DNA of 64,000 nt, from positions 12,928 to 76,927 of the forward strand of contig DFDW01000036.1 in NCBI GenBank assembly GCA_002369315.1. Direction: 5' to 3'. The notes under the pieces are model-generated. The model was not told where the DNA came from. It ran no database searches and saw nothing but the letters and a program-made list of their open reading frames with translations. This document shows positions 47,337-56,598 of the stretch, piece by piece; the first letter of the stretch is position 1, and each line of letters starts with the position of its first letter. Source of the DNA: Ruminococcaceae bacterium UBA3818. Lineage in GTDB: Bacteria > Bacillota > Clostridia > Oscillospirales > Ruminococcaceae. The position numbers and the translations under genes are program-made.

Positions 47337-47514
47337 GGGTTTACCTCCTGTTGTTTGGATAAAAGTGTCTTAATCAAAGCATACAACTGAAAGCTTGCTC
47401 CAGGTCAAGCTTTTTGGGGCAAGGCAGATGCGATTTTCCAATGGCCGCAATACGCCCCAAAGGTGATACCTTATAAAGAAAGCGGGGAAACTCCAATCAT
47501 TTCCCCGCGGGCCT

Positions 47515-47718
47515 TTAGGCTTTCTGCGCCAGATAATCGTTGATTTTCTGCACCAGTTCGTCTACATTCGCACCGTGTACTTCACAGGCCTCTTCCAGGC
47601 TCTCCATCGCGGAAGCAGGGCAGCCAACACAGTGCATTCCCATCTCAAAAAGGAATTTAGCGGTATTCATATCATTTGCCAGCAGATCGCCGATCAAAGT
47701 GTTTTTTGTTACGGTCAT
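47515..47718 (-). CDS. DUF1858 / hybrid-cluster-protein-associated redox disulfide domain protein
   Basis: TLIGDLLANDMNTAKFLFEMGMHCVGCPASAMESLEEAC, 67 aa. Confidence 0.75.
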   Translation of the reverse strand: MTVTKNTLIGDLLANDMNTAKFLFEMGMHCVGCPASAMESLEEACEVHGANVDELVQKINDYLAQKA

Positions 47719-47964
47719 GGTTTCCTCTCCTTACATTATAATGAAAAAATTATACCCGATTTGCCGCCGTTTGGCAAGTGCGGGATTTTTCCTTGCAAAC
47801 GGGAAAAAGATGTAATAGGATGAGACAAAATTCATGGAAAAGGAGAAATGCTTTTTGTTGACCGCATATGCTTCGGCAATTGTCGCACAGCAGGAGGTTT
47901 GTGTGAACTGATTTTGCAGGGCCTCCGTAAAGTGATTGATAACTTTAGGAGGATATGATTTCAA

Positions 47965-48399
47965 GTGAGTTATTTTCAAAATAAAAAAGAGGAAAAATCC
48001 GGCGAAGAGGGAGAAAGCAGTTTTGTTTGTCAGGTGTGCGGCGCGTTGGTCGTTTCCAAAAATGCCGGCAGCCGTCACCGCAATCACTGCCCGTTTTGCC
48101 TGTCCAGCGTTCATCTCGACCATATTCCCGGGGATCGGGCGGCCTGCTGCGGCGGCGTTATGGATCCGGTCGGAGTTTGGGTTCGTAAAAACGGCGAGTG
48201 GGCCCTGATTCACCGATGCCGCAAATGCGGCGTATTCCATTCCAACCGCATTGCCGCTGACGACAATCCGCTTCGGCTGATGTCCATTGCGGTGAAGCCG
48301 CTGGCCTCTCCGCCTTTTCCGTTGGACCAGCTGGCAAGGCCAATGCCGCCGGAAAAAACGGCTGTTCCAACAGAGAGCGGCCAGGATAAAAAGAAATAG
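47965..48399 (+). CDS. RNHCP-domain zinc-binding protein
   Basis: FVCQVCG...SRHRNHCPFCLSSVHLD...RCRKCG. Confidence 0.75.
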   Translation: MSYFQNKKEEKSGEEGESSFVCQVCGALVVSKNAGSRHRNHCPFCLSSVHLDHIPGDRAACCGGVMDPVGVWVRKNGEWALIHRCRKCGVFHSNRIAADDNPLRLMSIAVKPLASPPFPLDQLARPMPPEKTAVPTESGQDKKK

Positions 48400-48401
48400 A
48401 C

Positions 48402-48435
48402 AAAAGGCCCCGGAGAAAACTCTCCGGGGCCTTTT
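48402..48435 (+). terminator. Terminator
   Basis: AAAAGGCCCCGGAGA aaac TCTCCGGGGCCTTTT. Confidence 0.8.
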
Positions 48436-48702
48436 CTGACCGTATGCATGGGGCAAGATGTTTTTCGGGGACTCTTCCTTTGACAGAGGAAATGCAGTGA
48501 AAAGCAAAATTACGGAAAACTTTCATTCTCCTCTTGATTTTTTCCTTATCTGGGGCTATAATGTGTAAACGGTGCAGGAATTGCGTCTTTGTGAATGACT
48601 TTTATAAAAATCGCAAAAAATCCTGCTTTTTCATCCCAAACTTTTGGGAAGCGGCTAGCAAACCAGGAAAAAGTGTTTTGCGTTGACAGGAGGAAAAGTA
48701 TC

Positions 48703-50073
48703 ATGCGTGTTGAGACCGACCTGATTGGAACCAAGGAAATTGAAAAAGACGCTTATTATGGCCTGCAGACATTGCGTGCCTATGAGAACTTCAACATCAC
48801 CGGGCGCCGGGCTCACCCGGAGTTTATCCGCTCCCTGGCTGCGGTGAAAAAGGCTGCGGCCATCACCAATTGTCAGACCGGCGAGCTGTCTGAAGAGAGA
48901 AAAGACGCTATTGTGCAGGCCTGCGATGAAATCCTGGCAGGGAAAATGCACGACGCCTTTATCACAGATTCCATTCAGGGCGGCGCAGGTACTTCTTTTA
49001 ATATGAATGCAAACGAGGTCATTGCCAACCGGGCGATTGAAATCCTGGGAGGGGAAAAAGGCGATTATTCGATCGTGCACCCCAATGACCATGTCAATAT
49101 GTCCCAGTCTACCAACGACGTCATCCCTACTGCGGGAAAAATCACTGCCATCAAGCTTTTGCAGGGGGCGAACTTCCAACTGGCCCGTTTGATCGGCGCG
49201 CTGCGGAAAAAAGAAAAAGAATTTGACCATATTTTGAAAATGGGACGTACCCAGATGCAGGATGCGGTCCCGATCCGTCTGGGCCAGGAGTTCGGCGCTT
49301 ACCGCGCCGTTGTCGAACGGGATCTGGGCCGCATGACCCATATCACCGATGAGCTGATGTACGTCAACATGGGCGGTACTGCCATTGGCACCTGCATCAA
49401 CGCGGACGAAAGCTATGTCAGTGCCATTGTGTCCAATTTGTCCGCCGTTACCGGACTGGATCTGCGCCAGGCCAAAAACCTGATCGACTCCACCCAGAAT
49501 CTGGACTGTTTTGTCACCGCCTCGGCCACCATGAAAACCTGCGCGGTCAACCTGTCTAAGATTTCCAACGACCTTCGAATGATGTCCTCCGGCCCCCGCA
49601 CCGGTTTCCATGAAATCAACCTGCCGCCCAAGCAGAATGGTTCTTCCATCATGCCCGGCAAGGTCAACCCGGTCATCCCCGAGGTAATGAGCCAAGTGGC
49701 GTTCAACATCATCGGCAATGATATGACCATTACCATGGCGGCGGAAGCGGGACAGTTGGAACTCAATGCGTTTGAACCGGTCATTTTCTACAAATTGTTT
49801 GAGTCGATCACTACGCTTACTGGCGGCGTCCAGACCTTTACCGACAACTGTATCTGCGATATTACCGCCAACGAGGAACACTGCAAGGAACTGGTGGATC
49901 ACAGCGTTGGTATCATCACCGCTATCTGCCCGCGGGTAGGTTATTCGGTGGCGGCGGATATTGCCAAAACCGCTATTCGCACCGGCGCTTCGGTCAAGGA
50001 TGTGTTGATCAGCCGTAATCTGTTAACGGAAGAAGAGATCAACAAGCTGCTGGATCCTTATGCGATGACCTGA
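48703..50073 (+). CDS. aspA: Aspartate ammonia-lyase
   Basis: MRVETDLIGTKEIEKDAYYG..., QSTNDVIPTAG, GSSIMPGKVNPVIPE (fumarate-lyase signature). Confidence 0.85.
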   Translation: MRVETDLIGTKEIEKDAYYGLQTLRAYENFNITGRRAHPEFIRSLAAVKKAAAITNCQTGELSEERKDAIVQACDEILAGKMHDAFITDSIQGGAGTSFNMNANEVIANRAIEILGGEKGDYSIVHPNDHVNMSQSTNDVIPTAGKITAIKLLQGANFQLARLIGALRKKEKEFDHILKMGRTQMQDAVPIRLGQEFGAYRAVVERDLGRMTHITDELMYVNMGGTAIGTCINADESYVSAIVSNLSAVTGLDLRQAKNLIDSTQNLDCFVTASATMKTCAVNLSKISNDLRMMSSGPRTGFHEINLPPKQNGSSIMPGKVNPVIPEVMSQVAFNIIGNDMTITMAAEAGQLELNAFEPVIFYKLFESITTLTGGVQTFTDNCICDITANEEHCKELVDHSVGIITAICPRVGYSVAADIAKTAIRTGASVKDVLISRNLLTEEEINKLLDPYAMT

Positions 50074-50091
50074 TTGGAAACATTGCGAATG

Positions 50092-50123
50092 AAAAAACAC
50101 CGGAGAGATCTCCGGTGTTTTTT
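50092..50123. terminator. Bidirectional terminator
   Basis: AAAAAACACCGGAGA gatc TCCGGTGTTTTTT. Confidence 0.85.
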
Positions 50124-50131
50124 GTTGCGGT

Positions 50132-50629
50132 TTATCGGTCGAATCGATAAGAAAAAACACATATTTCGTAATTTTCTTCAGGAAATATACCTATTGTATC
50201 AAATCCTGACGAAGAATAAATCTTTCGCAGCGCCGTATTCCCTGCCCAACAATCCAGGTACAGATTTTTTTGGGCGTTCCGGGCCAAATCGCAGGCAAAG
50301 CGGAGAAGTTCTCTGCCAAGTCCTTTGCCTTGCCATTCGGGAAGCAATGCCAAGCGATACAAGTACCATTGCTCGTCAGGGCCGCTGCCGCCGGGCAGCC
50401 AGGGCGCCAATGGCAAAGGGTGTAGGGAAAAGGTGCCGACGAGTACAGATTTTTCTTTCGCGCTCCAGACCCAACCCTTCTGGATTTCCGCTTTTATTTG
50501 GGCAGGGTCCCAGGGATATTCCCACTGCATGATTCCTTTTTGATGCAGCTGCGCAGTCGCTTCATTCAGTAGCGTGGTAATAGAATCGACATCTGGCAAA
50601 CCGGCTTTTTGAATCGAAAGTGCCATCAT
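50132..50629 (-). CDS. GNAT-family N-acetyltransferase
   Basis: YRLALLPEWQGKGLGRELLRFA. Start at MMALSIQK. Confidence 0.75.
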   Translation of the reverse strand: MMALSIQKAGLPDVDSITTLLNEATAQLHQKGIMQWEYPWDPAQIKAEIQKGWVWSAKEKSVLVGTFSLHPLPLAPWLPGGSGPDEQWYLYRLALLPEWQGKGLGRELLRFACDLARNAQKNLYLDCWAGNTALRKIYSSSGFDTIGIFPEENYEICVFSYRFDR

Positions 50630-50840
50630 TTTTCTCCTTTCGCGGAAAAGGTTGATACGGAACAATTTTATGATACCATATTGGGAGAAACTGTGGTATA
50701 ATAACTTCACATTGCGGCGAAGAAATACGGATTGTACTGTTAGAATCCCGAAAAGATTCAGCAGATGCCGGGGATAGACCAGAGCATCGGGCAATCGCCG
50801 GCGGCATGTACCGGCAATTCGCCTGCCCAGGAGGAAACAG

Positions 50841-51302
50841 ATGGAGATTCGTGCCTATCAACCGGAGGATCTGGAAGAGGTCTACCGCCTTTTTTACGAT
50901 ACCGTACATTCTGTCAACCGTGCCGATTATGCGCCGGCCCAATTGGATGCCTGGGCGCCTGTGGAGATGGATCGTTCCCGCTGGGCCGATTCTCTTCTTT
51001 CTCACACGACCTGGGTTGCCTGCGAAAGCGGCTGTATTATCGGTTTTGGCGATTTGGCGGAAGGCGGTTATCTGGATCGGTTGTATGTTCATAAAGATTT
51101 TGTTCGCAGAGGCGTCGCCTCCGCTTTGCTGAAGCGGCTGGAGGCGTCGGCGGCCTGCCAGGGCTGCGGCCGCGTTTATGCAGAGGCTTCCATCACCGCC
51201 CGTCCGTTTTTTGAGCATTGGGGCTACCGTGTGGTGAAGCGGCAGGAAAAACCGCTGCGCGGTCAGGTGTTTCTTAATTTTGTCATGGAAAAAATGCTAT
51301 AA
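50841..51302 (+). CDS. GNAT-family N-acetyltransferase
   Basis: LDRLYVHKDFVRRGVASALLKRLE. AGGAGG RBS. Confidence 0.8.
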   Translation: MEIRAYQPEDLEEVYRLFYDTVHSVNRADYAPAQLDAWAPVEMDRSRWADSLLSHTTWVACESGCIIGFGDLAEGGYLDRLYVHKDFVRRGVASALLKRLEASAACQGCGRVYAEASITARPFFEHWGYRVVKRQEKPLRGQVFLNFVMEKML

Positions 51303-51328
51303 AGATGATTAACAAAGGAGGAAATCCC

Positions 51329-51847
51329 ATGAAAAATCCAATTGTGACCATTGAAATGGAAAACGGAAATAAAATGAAAGTGGAGTTATATCCGGAAATT
51401 GCGCCGAATACCGTAAAAAACTTTGTGTCTTTGGTGCGCAAGGGCTTTTATGATGGAGTGATTTTCCATCGCGTCATCCCCGGTTTCATGATCCAGGGGG
51501 GAGATCCCCAGGGCGTAGGCGTGGGAGGCCCCGGCTACAGCATCAAAGGGGAATTCTCGGCCAACGGCTTCCACAATCCGCTGAAGCACACCAAAGGCGT
51601 GATTTCGATGGCGCGCTCTTCCCGTCCGGACAGTGCCGGCAGCCAGTTCTTCATCATGGTAGATGATGCGCCTCATCTGGATGGAAGCTATGCGGCGTTC
51701 GGAAAGGTAATCGAGGGAATCGAAGAGGCAGACCGTATTGTGTCGGTCAGACGGAATCTGTCGGACAAACCGTTGGAGGATCAGCGAATGGCGAAAGTGA
51801 CGGTTGAAACGTTCGGCGAAGAGATCGGAGAACCGGAGACCCTATAA
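51329..51847 (+). CDS. ppiB: Cyclophilin-type peptidyl-prolyl cis-trans isomerase
   Basis: YDGVIFHRVIPGFMIQGGDPQG...GVISMARS...DSAGSQFFI. Confidence 0.9.
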   Translation: MKNPIVTIEMENGNKMKVELYPEIAPNTVKNFVSLVRKGFYDGVIFHRVIPGFMIQGGDPQGVGVGGPGYSIKGEFSANGFHNPLKHTKGVISMARSSRPDSAGSQFFIMVDDAPHLDGSYAAFGKVIEGIEEADRIVSVRRNLSDKPLEDQRMAKVTVETFGEEIGEPETL

Positions 51848-51885
51848 AAGCCGCAGGCGCGGCCTCTTATTTTCAACAGATCAAC

Positions 51886-51928
51886 AAAAAAGCCTGCTCT
51901 TAAGGGACGGTGTTCTTAAGACAGTTAA
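51886..51928. repeat. Left arm of a 43-bp imperfect inverted repeat
   Basis: The reverse complement ttaactgtcttaagaacaccgtcccttaagagcaggctttttt matches 52905-52947 at 35 of 43 positions, including the first 12 nt exactly. Confidence 0.8.
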
Positions 51929-52033
51929 CAGCCACAGTAGTTTGCACTGCTGTGGCTGTTCTTACGCTTTATCCTGTTATGTGATAATATGGAACCAAAC
52001 GGACCTGCAAATCTTGAATTTGTGAGGATAATT

Positions 52034-52690
52034 ATGATAAAGTTTTTGAATGATATAAGGAATGCAGAAAATCTTATATCCAATAATAGAAAAATTATAA
52101 ATACCATAGCTCTATTGTTCCTTGGAATAGCGTTGGGGACGTTTTCAAAACTTTTGGATTTTCGTCAAACTGAACTTCCAAGTGTGCTTATGGCGATAGA
52201 TGGAGCATTAGATGTTCATAATTTCCTTGGACGTTTTGCAATTTGGGTATTGATTGCACTGTGTATTTCTATTTATAGTAATTCTGCAATAAGAGCAAGC
52301 ATTAATGTTTTTGTATTCTTTGTTGGTATGGTTGCAAGTTACTATTTGTATTCAAACTATATTGCAGGATTTTTTCCAAGAAGTTATGCGATGATTTGGT
52401 TTGGATTTACAGCTGTTTCTCCATTATTGGCTTTTGTCTGCTGGTATGCAAAGGGGAAAAGCAAACTGGCATTTATACTGTCGGCACTGATTTTGGCAGT
52501 ATTGTTCAATATGTGCTTTGTATATGGATGCTGGTATTTTAATGTAAGGTCTGTTATGGAAGTGATAGTCTTTATTATTGGACTTATTGTTTTGAGGAGA
52601 GACACATTGAGGAGTTCTGCGCTAATGGGAACAATAAGTATAGTTCTTGCATTTCTGTTTAATATTGTTATTCCATTCCATTGGGGATAG
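52034..52690 (+). CDS. Multi-pass membrane protein, divergent paralog of 5997..6482, in visibly AT-rich DNA
   Basis: FAIWVLIALCISIYSNSAIRASINVFVFFVGMVASYYLYS...IWFGFTAVSPLLAFVCWYAKGKS parallels MAVWILMGTLISIYSRTAKLAMANVLVFCLGMLLTYYFVA...IIGWTVFALCSPVMAYFAWLAKGCG. GAGG RBS. Confidence 0.7.
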   Translation: MIKFLNDIRNAENLISNNRKIINTIALLFLGIALGTFSKLLDFRQTELPSVLMAIDGALDVHNFLGRFAIWVLIALCISIYSNSAIRASINVFVFFVGMVASYYLYSNYIAGFFPRSYAMIWFGFTAVSPLLAFVCWYAKGKSKLAFILSALILAVLFNMCFVYGCWYFNVRSVMEVIVFIIGLIVLRRDTLRSSALMGTISIVLAFLFNIVIPFHWG

Positions 52691-52722
52691 ACAACTTCCA
52701 GTTTGTCGAACAGATACTAAGG

Positions 52723-52899
52723 GCGCACTTCTATACGGGGCAAGCCCCGTATGTGCGCTCTGCGAGGCCGAACAACCCGGACACCTTGAATGTCCGGGCT
52801 GTTTTGCGTCACTGCGTTCCGAACAAGGGGCTGAACCCCTTGCGCCGCTTGGCGGCTTTCCTCTCAAGGTAAAAGGCGTGACCAGAGCCACGCCTTTTT
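52723..52899 (+). other. GC-rich cluster of five hairpins plus two ~26-nt direct repeats (possible structured RNA or palindromic-unit array)
   Basis: Hairpins at 52723-52758, 52776-52798, 52824-52842, 52844-52856 and 52872-52899 (the last followed by TTTTT). Direct repeats TGCGCTC-TGCGAGGCCGAACAA (52753) and TGCGTCACTGCGTTCCGAACAA (52804). Confidence 0.6.
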
Positions 52900-52904
52900 C
52901 GTAC

Positions 52905-52947
52905 TTAACTGTCTTACCAGCACCGCCCTAAAAGAGCGGGCTTTTTT
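52905..52947. repeat. Right arm of the 43-bp imperfect inverted repeat
   Basis: ttaactgtcttaccagcaccgccctaaaagagcgggctttttt. See the left arm at 51886-51928. Confidence 0.8.
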
Positions 52948-52995
52948 CTTTGGTCGAATCTATGTTTTGCTTGATATGCCGCAGACAAAGGAAAT

Positions 52996-53592
52996 CTAAT
53001 TGGATTCCTCAATGATTTCTTCCGCTTTTACATGGTCGGAGGAACCGGCAGTAATAATCTCGACAAATGTGTTTTTGTCGTGCAGGTAATAGTGTTTCAG
53101 ATGCGCGTTGGAATCCTGCGGGATGGTGCTGATCGCATAGCCTTTGTACTTCCCGATGTTCCAAACTTGCGGCAGGGAAGTTTCGCTCATTTCATCCTGC
53201 ATTTTATCGAACAGGCCGAAAGCGAAATTTTCCAGGCTGTATTCGTTTCGGTCTTCCTTGACGGAAATACGGCAGGTCTCCAATGTTTTTCCGTTCAGCA
53301 AAAAGATTTCTTCCGTTGTATAAGCTTCCGGCTGAGAACACAGCAGGTTTCCTTCTTCATCCACATAATCACGAAGCAGCTCCACATCCTGAGCAATGGC
53401 CTCAGCTTCTTCATCTGTTATTACAAACCAGGGAGCAGGGAAGGAAAAGGAAAGATTCATCGACGGAATGGAAACAGTATCCCCCTCCACCTTAACGCAA
53501 TAATCGGCGGAAGAACCGGTGCATCCCGCCAATAAGGGGATCAGCACGGCGACAGCCAGCAGCAGGGAAATGAAACGATTGGTTTTTATCAT
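52996..53592 (-). CDS. Hypothetical lipoprotein
   Basis: MIKTNRFISLLLAVAVLIPLLAGCTGS lipobox. Confidence 0.65.
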   Translation of the reverse strand: MIKTNRFISLLLAVAVLIPLLAGCTGSSADYCVKVEGDTVSIPSMNLSFSFPAPWFVITDEEAEAIAQDVELLRDYVDEEGNLLCSQPEAYTTEEIFLLNGKTLETCRISVKEDRNEYSLENFAFGLFDKMQDEMSETSLPQVWNIGKYKGYAISTIPQDSNAHLKHYYLHDKNTFVEIITAGSSDHVKAEEIIEESN

Positions 53593-53633
53593 ACAGACAA
53601 ATTCCTTTCTGATGTGAAATAGCAAGGGAAGCG

Positions 53634-54434
53634 TCAGTTTTTTGCCGCAGTCAGCAAAGCTTCCCGACGGCCGGGAAAGAAAAATTCCAGCGCGTATTGC
53701 AAGGATTGATCCCAGAAACCCCACTCGTGGGTGCCGGGCCACTCCCGATAGGAAAATTCATACGGCAGCGATTGGATGACGTCCCGAAAACGGGTGTTAT
53801 GCGTATACAGAAAATCTTCTGTTCCGCAGGTGACCATCACTTTTGGCCGCTGCTGCTCGGGAAGCCGGGCAGTTTTTTCCACCAGATAAAACAAATCATC
53901 CTCCGGCTTTATTACAAGATCTTCTCCGAAAATCGCCTTTGCTTCTTCCAGCAGCCCGGGTTCCGTTTGGGCAAGGGTAGCACGCAGCGCTTCCATATCC
54001 AGGCATCCGGAAAATCCGGAGCACCCCGCAAACAGGTCGGGACGGCGCAGGCCTAATTTAATTGCCCCATAGCCGCCCATGGAAAGACCAGCCACGAAGC
54101 GATCTTCCCGCCGGGCGCTCAGATGAAACAGCCGCTGGCAGGCGGCCGGCAGTTCTTCCGTCACATAAGAAAAATAAGAAAGGCCCATGGCCATATCCGT
54201 GTAAAAGCTGCGCTGTACTTCGGGCATTACCAATGCGACACCGTAGGCGTTCGCATACCGCTCCGCTGAGGTCATGCGGGTCCAGACATCCGCGTTTTCC
54301 CCATGCCCGTGCAGCAGGTAGACAACAGGGCATTCCGCTTCCGGCACCGTGGCCCGGTCAAAGGGCAGAACGACCGCAAGGCCGGTATCCATGCCCAGCG
54401 AGTGAGAACGCAGAGAGCCTTTGAAAAAAGCCAT
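53634..54434 (-). CDS. Esterase-family serine hydrolase (esterase D / S-formylglutathione hydrolase-like)
   Basis: VYLLHGHGENADVW and the nucleophile elbow GLSMGGYGA. GGAGG RBS. Confidence 0.8.
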   Translation of the reverse strand: MAFFKGSLRSHSLGMDTGLAVVLPFDRATVPEAECPVVYLLHGHGENADVWTRMTSAERYANAYGVALVMPEVQRSFYTDMAMGLSYFSYVTEELPAACQRLFHLSARREDRFVAGLSMGGYGAIKLGLRRPDLFAGCSGFSGCLDMEALRATLAQTEPGLLEEAKAIFGEDLVIKPEDDLFYLVEKTARLPEQQRPKVMVTCGTEDFLYTHNTRFRDVIQSLPYEFSYREWPGTHEWGFWDQSLQYALEFFFPGRREALLTAAKN

Positions 54435-54518
54435 AAAAAGCCTCCTTTTCAAAAGATGGGCCGGTTTGCTGTCCGGCCAGTAGCCATATTCTAGCACTTT
54501 GCGCGGGAAAAAACAACA

Positions 54519-55307
54519 TCAGAGCCTCAAAAGGCGGCTGATATTTCCGGAAAAGATCGCTTCCTTTTCCGAATCAGAAAGGTCCAGCGCCTCGATCATC
54601 ACCTTTTCTGTCCGCGGGTCGCTCCAGGGACAGTCGCTGGCGAAAAGGATTTTGTCTGCTCCGTGGGCTTTGATGATCCGCTCCAACTGGATGGGGTCGA
54701 TCTGGCCGGCGCAGCAGGCGGTGTCCAACCAGACCGGGGCACCTACCAGCCAGCGCTCCACATCGTCCCACAGGCGCATTCCGCCCATGTGGGCGAGAAT
54801 CAGCTTCAATCCGGGGCAGGCGTCCAGCACCTGGCGGCAGGCGCTGGGCCGGCAATGGATGTGTTTGGGAGAAAGCGGGTCAAAGCCTGCATGGACGACC
54901 ACGCACAAATCAAGATCCCGCGCTTTTTGAAAGATGGGCAAAACGCGGGGCTCATCCATATCGAAATCCTGGTAATCCGGGTGCAGCTTTATACCCTTCA
55001 GGCCCAAAGCCGCGATCCGCTCCAGTTCCGCCTCCCAATCGGGCGCGTCCGGATGAACCGAGCCAAAGGGGATGACCGTGTCGGAAGCGATGGAGGCGCA
55101 AAAATCATTGATGGATTTCTGCTGGGACGGTTTGGTAGCGATATTTAAGAAAACACCTTTATCCACCCCCCACTCCCGCATTTTTTCCAAGGTGGAAGAC
55201 AGCGTTCCGTCGGTCTGGTTGTCGTATCCCGAGACCGCTGCCAATTTTGGGATTACTTTGGGGGCCAACGGGTCGGGGAAAATATGAATATGAGAATCAA
55301 TAAGCAT
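54519..55307 (-). CDS. Amidohydrolase-family (TIM-barrel metal-dependent hydrolase) protein
   Basis: MLIDSHIHIFPD... (HxH), ...VVVHAG..., ...ILFASDCPW. Confidence 0.75.
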   Translation of the reverse strand: MLIDSHIHIFPDPLAPKVIPKLAAVSGYDNQTDGTLSSTLEKMREWGVDKGVFLNIATKPSQQKSINDFCASIASDTVIPFGSVHPDAPDWEAELERIAALGLKGIKLHPDYQDFDMDEPRVLPIFQKARDLDLCVVVHAGFDPLSPKHIHCRPSACRQVLDACPGLKLILAHMGGMRLWDDVERWLVGAPVWLDTACCAGQIDPIQLERIIKAHGADKILFASDCPWSDPRTEKVMIEALDLSDSEKEAIFSGNISRLLRL

Positions 55308-55468
55308 GAAAAACGACCTCTCTGTCTGTGAACGAATAGAATATGCATCTTTATTTACTTTTATTATACTCACACTTTCCTTTATAAGCAAGGGCAGGGC
55401 AGAGGGTCCGCTCCCTTTACAGCGGCACGGTTTTATGATATTTTGAAAGTTAGAAAGAGGGGACGCAT

Positions 55469-56206
55469 ATGACCGAAAATTTTGCACACAGGGGATTCAG
55501 CGCCGCATATCCGGAGAACACCATGCTTGCGTTTCAAAAGGCGCATGAAGCAGGCTGCCACGGGATTGAGATGGATGTGCACCTGAGCGCCGATGGAGAG
55601 CTGGTGGTCATCCACGACGAACGGGTAGACCGCACCACCGACGGCAGCGGTTGGGTCGGCTGTATGCGTTTTGACCAGCTGCGGCGGCTGAACGCTTCCG
55701 GCCAGAGCGAAAAGCAGGCGGGCCGAACCCAGATCCCGGCGCTGCAGGAAGTGCTGGAGTGGTGCAGGCAGACCGGACTGCGGCTGAATCTGGAGCTGAA
55801 GACCAATGTCTGCGAGTATCCGGGAATCGAACAGAAAGTGATCGATATGGTTTTCGGCATGGGCATGCAGGAGAGGATTATTTTATCTTCTTTTAACCAT
55901 TACACCATGCTGCGGTGCAAAAAAATTGCGCCGCAGATACCCTGTGGCGCGTTGGAAGAAAGTTGGATCGTCGATTTGGGCGGGTATGTGAAAAACCTGG
56001 GCCTGGAGTGCGTACATCCGCAGCACTGGTATTTGACCGATGAGAATATGGCCCAGTTAAAAAAGCAGGGCCTTCGCGTCCATACCTGGACCGTGAATGA
56101 ACCGGAGCAGATGCGCCGTCTGATCCGGCTGGGAACCGATATCGTCATCACCAACCATCCGGACCGGATGGCAGAGGAGCTGCGGAACAATCCGGCGGTA
56201 GTGTAG
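55469..56206 (+). CDS. Glycerophosphodiester phosphodiesterase
   Basis: FAHRGFSAAYPENTMLAF...GIEMDVHLSADGELVVIHDERVDRTTDG. Confidence 0.85.
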   Translation: MTENFAHRGFSAAYPENTMLAFQKAHEAGCHGIEMDVHLSADGELVVIHDERVDRTTDGSGWVGCMRFDQLRRLNASGQSEKQAGRTQIPALQEVLEWCRQTGLRLNLELKTNVCEYPGIEQKVIDMVFGMGMQERIILSSFNHYTMLRCKKIAPQIPCGALEESWIVDLGGYVKNLGLECVHPQHWYLTDENMAQLKKQGLRVHTWTVNEPEQMRRLIRLGTDIVITNHPDRMAEELRNNPAVV

Positions 56207-56335
56207 TCCGGGCGGATCAAGATGCAGGAGCAAAAAAACAAAGGCCGGAGAAAAAATCTACAGAATTTTGTTCCCTGTTCGGCTTCAGTTCCGGAAGAAA
56301 ATACCGGATTAACCGGAAAAAAGGGCAGAAAAAAA

Positions 56336-56362
56336 GGCTGATTGATGAGGTCAGCCCTTTTT
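56336..56362 (+). terminator. Terminator, nested in a longer imperfect palindrome (56309-56371)
   Basis: GGCTGA ttgatgagg TCAGCC followed by CTTTTT. Confidence 0.5.
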
Positions 56363-56598
56363 CCCGGTTAAAATTATCTATTAGGAGAAGCAATAAGATG
56401 AGGAACCAAATTTACTCTTGTTGTCCTGATGAGTCTATTATAGCCATACTTGGCGGATTTGTAAACAGTTTTTTGTGCAAAAATACAAAAACCGGGATTA
56501 ACTACGAAAGAACAATCTGATTTTTGGCGTTTTCTCCTAAGTATTTTGTAGGCTATCTTTTATATTTTGCGCTATTTTGCCAAAGGAGAAGAAGTATT

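Noticed and set aside
52715-52760. Group II intron features: 5' GTGCGCCC on the minus strand, or a domain-V-like hairpin
   Set aside because: The GTGCGCCC would place the intron body inside the AT-rich membrane-protein ORF. The hairpin loop is CAAG/CTTG rather than GNRA, and it lacks the AGC triad and 2-nt bulge. No reverse transcriptase ORF is present.
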